Shown piece by piece: positions 25,013 to 35,500 of a DNA stretch of 58,923 nucleotides (within the stretch, counting starts at the first letter, position 1; every line of letters starts with the position of its first letter). The notes under the pieces were generated by a model. That model saw only the letters and a program-made list of their open reading frames with translations. It was not told the DNA's origin and made no database searches. Origin of the DNA: Klebsormidium nitens (lineage: Eukaryota; Plantae; Klebsormidiophyceae); assembly GCA_000708835.1 (NCBI GenBank), contig DF237502.1:1-58923 (forward strand). Reading direction: 5' to 3'. The position numbers and the translations under genes were made by a program.

Positions 25013-26815
25013 GGCAACTCCTCTGTGCGATTCACCATGTATGCCACTCTCCAATTGACTGCCAAATGTTTGCAGCAATGAACCTGGGCATTGCATGGAA
25101 CAATTACAAGTGGCCTCCTAGCATTTTCTTCTAGCTCGAGATAAACTCCAGCTTCAAGGGCGCCATTGTCATTGATGCGTTTATCGACGAGAGGCTGTTC
25201 AAAGCCTGGGTTCAAAGACTAAGTACACTGTGACTTAGTACTAACTAGTAGTTGCACAGGTAACTTTTTTGCAGTTCAGGGTGCCATTGCCGCAGAAAAA
25301 TCCTCTGCACCGTCGGCTCTTACCGTTATCACTAGTTACATGACACTAGCTTGCCGACAAACCAGGTCGATTTTGCCGGTTCTGACGACATGCCAGCTCG
25401 ATTTTCGCCATTGTTGATCTAACGCAAGTTTGACGGTTTTCCGCTCCGCAGTGTTAAACCCTGCAACTAGAAGGGAGAGCAAGTTGACGGGATTTCTGAC
25501 TCACGTTTCTTTCCGGGAGCTTGTGGACCGTCCGTTGGAGGTTTGCTTTTATGTTGGAATCATCGAGCGGACGAGGTGGGACGAGCTAGGTTCCTCAGGG
25601 GTGCGTACCTTTGACGTAAAAGCTGATGTCATTACAGTGCCCCCACACGAAGACCAGCTCAGCAAGAAAGCTCAAGAATCAAGATCCATCAATCGCTGCA
25701 TTGCATGCCCAGCTATCCTCGCCATCAATCTTCTCCATGGCAGCTCAAGAATTGCTTCAAGAATTGCTTCTGGCCGGTGTTCCCTCGACAGATTGGCGGG
25801 CCCCGTCCTCTTTGAAAGGAGCTTGCTGCACAATCCTTCCCTGCTTGCCCTTCTTGGGACAGCAAGCTCCCAGCTTGTGATTCCGCCTGTGGCACTCCGG
25901 AAACCGCAGCATGCATAGCTGACGATTCATCCTGCATCAGGAAGGCAAGTCTATATTCTGAACTTTCGAATTTCGAATTTGCTGACAGCCTTCGCGATAC
26001 TGCGAGCGATCTGGGTGCTGCTTCAGTACTTGCACAGCCTTCATGAAGGTTGTGGTTGGCGAGAAGAGGGCTTGCTCTAACATGCATTTGATTTGCTCAG
26101 GCTACCCACGCTGGTCACTACCAGCGTGCTTTTGTGAATACGTTCATAAAAAGCTCCTGTTCTGACGGGCGGTTGAGAATTATTAGATTGTTGGGGCAGC
26201 TCAATTGTAGCCTTTTGCAATCTACAAGAAGACTCCAATCACAGCAGCAGAGGCGTGCAAGGTTGCCTTCTCGATGGCAGCTTGTTAGAAAGACAAATAA
26301 AGCAGTTGAGGCAAGGAGTTACTTCAGTTCTTTATAGTTGCCATTCTGAGGATGTGAGGAAGAGTCAACTGATGACTTGTGACAGATCAATCGAGAAGTC
26401 TGATGCATGAATCGGCTTTCTCAAGCGCCCTATGCTAGCTCCATATGCAACAAGAGGGGAAACCTTTGGAGTAGATCAAATACTGTTGCTATTTTGTGCT
26501 GTTTTGCAAATCGCTACAATTAAGTTCACCTTCAGATCTCAGTGTTGATTGTTATAGAAGAAGGGCCTAACGCTCCCTCATGAGGACACCACACTGAACG
26601 CGATTCGGTTTTCCTCTTGCAGGTTGCATTCACCTGGGATAAAGCAGCGACTGGGGCTCTTATCATTCCAATCTGGTTATACATACCTCAGACATGCAAG
26701 TGGCCCCCATGCTTGATTCAAAAGCAGGAATGTGAACTTCGAGCAGAGAGCTGATTGCGATGTAAGTACCCTGTGGATCAAACTCAACAGGGCTTATAAC
26801 TTTCCAGATTTTAAA

Positions 26816-29800
26816 ATGGCCCTCATGCAAAGCGTAGGTCGATCCGTCAGCAGCAGGCTGGGCATCCTGACTGGAAGACAAGCGCTTCAATCAACAAGAT
26901 GGATCGCGGGCCCAGCAATGGACCTCTGCAAAGTAGATCTGCCCAGACGCATGACACTCCAAAACTCAAGCGTCTCTGAAGGCAGCCAGACTTTCAAGCT
27001 GGCGTCAACAAGCTTCTGTAGCTCGTTCCCTGGACCTTTAAGCGAAGAAAACGGTTTGCCGTCAACCAGTTCCTCTGTGTTCAAGCCTCCAACACGTCCA
27101 CTTCCTGCCTCCACACCAGGACTGTTCGTGTCACAAGCAGACGCGAGTTACCTCTCTCGCTTTTCATCCTACCAATTCTCAACTTCCCTAGCTCATACAC
27201 AGCCCTCCCAAGTCTCAGCATTTCACACCACGCCAGTCCCAGCTCAGGAGATACAGCCTGAGCATAGGGGTGCAGCAAATGCTACAGAGAAGAGCGTCAC
27301 AGGAGAGCCGACCGGCACCCTCGGTCCCACAAGGGCCAATCAAAAGCCGCGGCTAGTAATCCTTGGAACGGGATGGGGGGGTTGCCGGCTGGCGAAAGAT
27401 TTGGACACACGATACTGGGACATTGTGGTCATCTCACCTCGGAACCACATGGTGAGCAGAAATCTAGTTCCTTTTCGAAAGCTTTCGAAAACAGAACAGT
27501 AAGCTTCTCCGTTTCTCTCTGGATAGGGACCGGTTGGAAGCTAACCTTCAAAGAGTCGGAAGCTCGTTTGGGCTCCATACAACGTTCCGATCCGACTGTT
27601 GATCCACATTGCTGTGCGTAACGTTTGGAAGTTTGAAGCTGACACGTCATGGTTTGCTAAGCTGGGCACTATATACTGCAGATTTTGATCGTGTCACGAT
27701 AATAGTCTATCTCTGCCCCTTCCCCGTATAGTTTCAAGTATCAGCCATTCCTGTCTGTTGTAGTTCGAACCGCTTTGCTAAACGTGTTTGCAGGTGTTCA
27801 CTCCTCTCCTCGCCAGCACATGCGTGGGCACCCTGGAATTCCGTTCCGTGGCAGAACCAATCCGCTCCATCAAGCCGGCGGTCGGAAAGCTGCCCGACTC
27901 CTACTTCTTCCTGGCCAAGGCTACTGCAGTCGACGAAAAGAACCACGAGGTAACATCAACCACTTCTAATCCATCCTATAGAACAGGTTCCCATTCCACT
28001 CCCCCTGCCAAAGATTGTAGGTGCCCCGATACTTCATATTATGCTTTTTGTAGCCGTTCGGAGTGATGTCAAGAACGTCGTAAGCTGGTTAGGGTCAGGG
28101 TCTCAAGAGGTGAAATTGTCTATTGCTAGCGTTTGTAATAGTTGGAGGATACCAAGGCAAACGTTCGCCCTTTCACTTTCTGCATTCCTCCGGTTTCTTA
28201 TTTATCTTTCTAGATGCTCTGTGGAAGGACGATTGACGGTAGAATGTTGCCAGGTAGCGTCGAAAGCACTAAGATTCATTGCCCACCTTCAAGGTCGTTT
28301 GCATACCTGTGGCGGGTTTTGTTTCTCTCCTTCTGCCCCTGACCGGCTTAGTGTAACCAGGACAAGGCTAATTCTGGCACTAGACCTATGTTTATTTCGC
28401 CCGCTCGCTTGACTGTGGGACGCGATTCGATCAAGCGCGGGTGTCGAAACACAATATGGTGTGCGAACGCTTCAATCATCGCAGACAACCGCTTTTTCGC
28501 GAGGCTTCCATTACAAGAGAAGCGTGCATCTTACACAAAAAAGACCGAGCAAAGAGTCACTTGATTGTAGCCTAAACTTTTGGTCGCTTCGACTTGCGGA
28601 AAATCCATTAAAGGACTAGGGCCGGCTGCAGGCTGCAGCTCGCTACGACTCAAGAGGGGAAAGAGCAGCTCAGGTACTGGCGAAAGAGCACCTTGCACCG
28701 TGCTGAGAGTAAGAAGCAAACGCACGACCAGGAGCACTGGGCTGCTGAACGACTAGGACGGATTCCAAAATTAGCTGAATCGGTCCGATACAGTGTAACC
28801 CCTAACCTGTAGGTGCTGTGCGAGGCGGTAACAGACAAGCCGGACGAGCGGTGGACGTTTCGCGTGGCGTATGATAAGCTGGCGGTGGCCACGGGGGCCG
28901 AGGCGACGACGTTTGGGATCAAGGGGGTCTGGGAGCACGCCATCTTCTTACGCGAGGTTGGAGGTAAGAGAGTTGGGTACCTTGTTTGGAGTGAAGTATT
29001 TTAGTTTGGCTCAATTAACGCTCTTCGTCTGACGGACTGAAGCTGGAGTCTTTCTTGGACAGCCCGAGTGGTCGGGGTTTTCTAAGGTTGACGGCTCTCC
29101 AAGCCTTGTTTCACCTGATCCCGATTCCGTTGGCAGATGCCCCGACGATCCGGCGAAGCTGCTGCGGAACCTGGTTCGCTTTGCTGGAAAAGCTACTGAC
29201 CAGTTCTCCTCTCGTTGCCAGAGCCTTCGCAATGACAGAAGTCAAAACCGTTTAATTCTCACACGGAACATGATTCCGGTGGCAGATGCGATGGCGATCC
29301 GGCGGAAGCTGCTACGAATCTGGCCAGAGCGACATGCCGGACCTCCCCTGATCTTACTCCCGTTGTCAGACCTTTTGCACGCAAAGACACAAGGTCAAAG
29401 CTCTCAAAACTGTATCTGCTCCACCCGCCTTCACTTATCCGTTCACAAGCCATCGTTCCGGTGCAGATGCGATGGCGATCCGGCGGAAGCTGCTCTTGAA
29501 CCTGGTCCAGAGCGACATGCCGGGCCTTCCCCCGGCGGAGAAGCAGCGGCTGTTGCACGTGGTGGTGGTCGGGGGAGGGCCCACCGGGGTCGAGTTCAGC
29601 GGCGAGCTCAGCGACTTCATCCGGACGGACGTGAAGCGCAAGTTCAGCCACGTCAAGGATGACATCAGGGTGACGCTCATCGAGGTGACGAGTTCGCGGG
29701 AACCTATGAATCTAGCTAAGTTGAGGGGAAGCTTGCAAGTGCGAGAAAGAACGGCTGAGGGGTTGACGCAAAGCGGTCGGGTTAGATGGTAACGCCTCGT

Positions 29801-32800
29801 ATGGACCGGCTTGGGATTTGACGCTTCGTTGGATCGTAAATCAATGTACCAAGTCGCACTATGAAGCCCATCGAAGTTTAAGTGCAGTTACTGCTGAAGA
29901 GAGAAATTGCATTATTTTGAGAAGGACGAAGCAGTGACTTTTGAGGACGAGTTTCGCCGGGAAGCGTTGTAACTCTTCGTACGCGAACGATAGTACCGCC
30001 AATCCAAACTCCTCTTTGCAGGCTCGGGAGATTCTGAACACGTTCGACGTTCGGCTGCGCGAGTATGCGACCGCGCAGCTGCGCCGGGCGGGAGTGGAGC
30101 TGCGGCAAGGGACGGTCAAGGTGAGAAACGGTGCCGTGAAACCCGAGAAATTTCAAAGTCCCAATATCGTAAAAGGCGCATACCCCCTTCGTGTCTCGAA
30201 CTTTTGTACTCAGTCTAGTCAAATTGCTAAAAGATACGTTCTCGGGCCGTCAGATCAGGCTTCGAGCATTCGCGGGTGCCTTGTATGTTCTTGTCGGACC
30301 AACAAATCTTAGGCGTCCCTACCTTGTCGTGTGGTCCCAGTTGCTCGTCTACAAAGGCACATTTCGATGAAAGGGCGTGGGTCAGACCTTGACCAAATAT
30401 TTGAGCCTTCTGCAGCATGCGTGTGCTCGACAGGAGACGCAAGCGCGACAGTTGGCATTTCCACAGCCGCTGTTCCGTATGCCGTCACTCTTAGCTTTGG
30501 TCAGAACTTATAGTTTCAGGGGGTGCCTCATCGAACATGACCTCACAAGCTGAACCGATTCAAAAGTGAGAGTCTTGTGGTGTCCTTGGTGAAGCATGAG
30601 CACTCCATTTTTGGTTGGCACAACCTGTCACCCCGTGCGGGAGTCAAGGGCCGCCAATGCTACTTCGAAAAGCATTCACCAAACCTCTTCCTTGTTACTG
30701 GAGGTCAACAACGAACAACTCACCCTGAAAATCGGCGCGGGTCCCTAGCGTTTGCTGTCGGGGTTGTTCCACATCTGAAAAAATGACGAAGTGAAATTTG
30801 CTGTCTAAGCGAGATACTTACCAGCTTGTTTGGTCTTTCATAACAGGAGGTGAGCGACAATCACATCACGCTCAACGACGGCACGACGGTGCCTTACGGT
30901 GTCCTGGTGTGGTCCACCGGGGTCGGGCCTAGTCAGCTCGTGAAGGGGCTACCGTTCGAGAAGTCGCCCCGGGGGAGACTCGCCGTAGACACTCGGCTCA
31001 AAGTGGTGCGTAGTTGACTCGTGGGCTCGTTCAAACGCCACTAGGGTCCACTGATTTCAAGACCAGAATGTGGTTTGTGTAGTTACCATGGTCGTTCGTT
31101 CAGTGTGCTCTTTTTGCGCAGTTTGTTGACGAATTACTCAGGGACTGTTGTATTTACGATGCTCGTTTCTCCTTCCCTCACCAGTTCTTCACCAGTCCTT
31201 CATCCAACTCTTGTGTGTAAACCCAGCTTCAAGAGAGCGTTATCCCAGACTCATGAGCCGCTATCGCATGACTTCTACCTCGTCAATTAAATTGTGACCC
31301 TGATTAGTTCCCTTCTCGAAATCCGAGTTCTTTGCACCGGTCCTGCGTTCGGGTCTGGCCTGCGAAGTCCTTGAAAATCCTTCGCTGGTCAACAGTTCGC
31401 GTTTCCGATCAAATATCCTTGTGTCACCGCTCTTTATCTGTACGTTGACGTTGTATCGGAGGTCGGGTGGGCTGAAATTTTGATAGAGCATCTTGGGTGG
31501 GAAGAATCTCCCTGTAGGCGTCTCTCAATGACGCTGCTTAGCGACACACATTCCGTCGGAGTGAGTGTTCTATGAGATGTCGAACATGTGCTTTATCCGG
31601 CAATTGCAAAACCGGAGGCTTCACTTATGTAGTTGCTTAGGGGGACCGGTCTTGACGCCCTCCTTGTAAAGTAAACAAGAGACTGCAAAATCCAAAGAAG
31701 CCTCAAAAATGTAAAACGTTTTGAACTTCAAATGTATTGGCCGTGCAGGTGGGCGCGCAAGACGTGTACGCTTTGGGAGACTGTGCGGGGTACGCCGGTA
31801 ACACGGGATTGGCGGAACTGCCGGCGTTAGCACAGGTGCGGCTCCGCCCCGCGGCAGGCCTCGTTGTGGACCCTCACCCTTCTCCTTTCCTAGGCTTGCA
31901 ACTTTTACTTGTACATCGAAGGCCGCTTGCTAAGGAACGCTAATGTTTGTGCATAGAAGAGGCGTTCTGCTCCTGTAACGGAGCCAGAGCGCGTGCCTTT
32001 CATCGTGCGGCTCCCTCCGTGGGCTCAAAACCAGCTCCGACGACCTAGACGGGGCGTTTGGGATTGACGTGGCGCTTTATGGCGCGTTTCACTGAACCCG
32101 CACAGAATTCCGTGCGGGTCTTCCCACGCCCCGTAGTCCCAGCACAATCTCGACACCGTCACAACACCTAATCTATCTGCAATGTCAGCTCTCAGCGATC
32201 TGTGCTTGTTTTTAGGTGGCTGAGCGGCAGGGCAAGTACTTAGCCCGCGCTCTGAACGACTTGGGCCGGCAAGGGCTGGGCCGGCGGGGCGGCGCGCAGC
32301 CGCAGACGGAGCACGCCGAGTTCGTGTACCACCACCTGGGGAGCATGGCATCGGTCGGATCGTACAAAGCGCTCGTCGATCTGCGGCACGGCTCAAAGGT
32401 AAGGGAGGCGTTCGACGATACGTTTCTTTCCGTGTCCGCTCGCCTTTTAACAGGTTTTTTGCCCAAGCGCTTTGGTTTGCGCGCTTTGTTGGTTGTTGCC
32501 CAAGCTCGCTTTTGCCCTGACCGCTCTGGGAGCTTGAGTTCTGTCCTCTTTCACCTCGCGCTCCCGTTAGTACGTGATTTTGGATTTCTCCCTGCCGGCT
32601 CAGAGTATTTGAAAGAACCTCCAAGCATCCGTAAAGCCTTTTAAGTTGTTTTGCTCACGCCGCCCGCAATCGCAACACGTTTTTCGTAAAGCCCTCCCAA
32701 GCAGGGCAGCAAACGGACCCTTCACGGTTGGCGGAGCTTCTTCCTCGATCCATGTCTGGCTTTTTTAATTGCTCGCAAGCTGTTTGAACCTAGCTGCTTT

Positions 32801-33388
32801 GACGCTGCTTGATCTCTTGTCCGCCAGAAGGAAATCCGGTGCCATAGTCCTGGTCTCAGCCTTAAAGACGAGGGGCATCCAACTGCGCCGAGTCAGCTAC
32901 TTGCGCATGCAGTTGTCACCGACTTTTGCAAATGGAATCATCAGCTCCGTTCCGCAGATCCTAGAGCGAGCTTCGTGACCTTTGGGTACTTGCGTTCACC
33001 GAAATTTCTCTCCGCCTGTTCCGCCTGTTTCGTCCGCTCTAGATGGTCGACTTCAGTAATTCGAGCTCAGCGATTTCGTTAAAGCTCACACCTGCCCTTT
33101 CGTCTGCATCCGCTTTGAGCCCAGCCCAAATGGAAATATGACCGAGCCCGTCCGGGTGCAAATGCATCAGGACTGAAAGTGCAGTGACAACAAGAGCAGA
33201 AGATAAAAGGGTGACGCTTTGTCTTGGTGCAGGGTCCTCTGTCCCACCTCACACTGACGGGCTTCAAGAGCTGGTTCATCTGGCGCTCCGCCTACCTGAC
33301 ACGTGTCGTCAGCTGGAGAAACAGGCTGTACGTGGCGGTCAACTGGGCGACCACCTTTTTGTTCGGGAGAGACATCTCCAGAATATAG
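26816..33388 (+). CDS. NDA1: Type II (alternative, rotenone-insensitive) NAD(P)H:ubiquinone oxidoreductase, NDA-type without EF-hand, about 614 aa
   Basis: 9 exons: 26816-27451, 27794-27949, 28813-28963, 29467-29684, 30022-30120, 30847-31005, 31749-31835, 32216-32398, 33233-33388 (1845 nt). Motifs: [66 protein letters not shown]. The C-terminus [35 protein letters not shown] matches plant NDA. The N-terminus is R/S-rich, like a mitochondrial presequence. Confidence 0.95.
29123..29347 (+). repeat. Two intronic copies of the acceptor and 5' end of NDA exon 4
   Basis: Acceptors ATTCCGTTGGCAG (AG 29135-36) and ATTCCGGTGGCAG (AG 29284-85) precede the true GTTCCGGTGCAG (AG 29465-66). The nearer copy is identical to the exon for its first 28 nt. 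Confidence 0.9.
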
Positions 33389-33897
33389 ATCACGTGCCTG
33401 GGTGCTTCTGCAGAGGCCATGGGAATTCCAAAGGTCCCGTTCAATTTTGGACAGAAAAGCTGGAACTGTGGAATCGCACGCCTGCATGTGATTGCTTTTT
33501 TCTGAACTCGATCAATACTGTAAATAGGTTACCTAACATGCATAACTATTGAAAGTATTTCAGGAGCGTCCTCCCCGGCCGCCATCGTATAGGGGACGGC
33601 CCTTAAAAGAGCCTAATAGACTTCAGAGAAAAATTCACCTCTGTGCCAGATTCGGTCGGACAGTCGCTTCTCGAACCTGGAACTCGGAAGCCTACAGTAC
33701 AGGCCAAACTTCGATAGACAATCGATGTGACTTGTATGTGGACGCGCCCAGTCACCGTACGTCATGCAATTATTAATTGAATTGCTAGCAGCTAGCTATA
33801 CTATGATAGGCTGAAATCTGCAATTAGCATTTCTGCAGAAATTGAGCGGCCGGCCCCCGAGTCGACTTGGAACCCGGGCCTGAACGTTCCGTTACTA

Positions 33898-34177
33898 NNN
33901 NNNNNNNNNNNNNNNNNNNNNNNNNNNNNNNNNNNNNNNNNNNNNNNNNNNNNNNNNNNNNNNNNNNNNNNNNNNNNNNNNNNNNNNNNNNNNNNNNNNN
34001 NNNNNNNNNNNNNNNNNNNNNNNNNNNNNNNNNNNNNNNNNNNNNNNNNNNNNNNNNNNNNNNNNNNNNNNNNNNNNNNNNNNNNNNNNNNNNNNNNNNN
34101 NNNNNNNNNNNNNNNNNNNNNNNNNNNNNNNNNNNNNNNNNNNNNNNNNNNNNNNNNNNNNNNNNNNNNNNNNNNNN
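33898..34177. other. Assembly gap (280 N)
   Basis: Run of N between the NDA and TLP8 3' ends. Confidence 1.
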
Positions 34178-35500
34178 TGTAAGTTAATTCTCGACAAGAA
34201 GCCTTGAAGCCGGCCACCCTCTCAATATAGTGTATACGGTGTAGCCTATACTCAATACTATATGAACTTATCGCTAGCGCTATAGCTACTAGGCAAGAGC
34301 CTGCGGAGCTCTACCAAGTAAGCATCATTGCTATTGCATGCACATATATGACGTACGTGCAGTACGGTCCGATATGTACAAGCTATGTAGACGGTATAAC
34401 ATGCATGTTCAAACCATATTGAGCCACATATATAGCATACATAGTACTGCGCTAGCTAGAGCTATAGCTGAGCCCTGCATGAAGTTCCGATCATTCAATC
34501 GGATCGGGTCGATCCAACGTCCGCGACGATCTAGCTACAGCCTGTAGGCTAGGCCTGGCCGCAGCAAGGCTAGGCCCGCGTGCCAGCGGCGCGGCCGGGG
34601 TCACTTGCACCTGGCAGCATGGCCGCCCTGCGGGCCACCGCTGAGTCGGCGCCTCGCGGGCCGGGCCGCCCGGGTACGTCGATATCTGATTCATAAGTCC
34701 CGGCTGCCGACCCTCGTTAACGTACATGTGTTTCCCAGTGCAGGCTTGTGTGGCCGCGCCGCCTAGCTCAGCAGGCTGCCTGGCTCCAGGCATATGTGGT
34801 ACGGCTTGCCACCGACACCGTGGCATCACTTTGAATGCCTGACCCGGCCTACTAAGCTCTTTTACCCACTGTATACTAGCCAATCAATGCGTGGATTGAA
34901 GTTTGTCTATACCGTACATGTAAATCTGTACGGGGCTACCGAAATCTTTCGATACTTTCAATGCATCAAGAAACCGAACCCAGTCCGGTGTCATTATTCT
35001 GTCTGCCCTTGATTCATTTGCACAACGGACAATTGTATGCAATGATGAAGGTGGAGCACGTTGGTCCTTTAAAGACGAGTGCTGGACCGTTAAGGCCACC
35101 GGACGACCCCGCAAGTAATTGATAGGTAAGACAGTGGAACCTCTGTCCAGCTTGAATGTGACTTCAAGGGTCAACTGACGAAAGTTCTTGAGGCGGAACT
35201 ACAGGACTTGTAAGCGGCTAGAGAACTCCACAAGTGGGTCGTGATTCGTGAACATAGCCTGATCTGCTTTGTCTGAAGTTGGCAACGAAGCTTCGTTCGG
35301 GGGTGGACCTACTTCTTGAAGATTGGTTCTAGACAGCGATTAAACCGACATGTGATTTCAAAACGGAAAGCTCGAAAACCTAGAATTTTCTAAGCCAACT
35401 GGTCTTCGCCCTCGACCCATCCCACAGGAAAAGCAACAAAAGACAGCGTTCGTGTATATGGGCATTTGTGGGGCGACTGTCTTTTGACCGAAGATGGTTG

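Noticed and set aside
25430-25918. 162-aa ORF upstream of NDA
   Set aside because: TTG start, no family motif, and it spans a likely splice donor at 25601. Treated as leader or intron sequence.
26370-26403. TGATGA...CTGA resembling C/D snoRNA boxes
   Set aside because: The boxes are only about 30 nt apart and there is no terminal stem, so it is too short for a snoRNA.
33801-34217. ORFs reported across the N run
   Set aside because: Artefacts of translating ambiguous bases.
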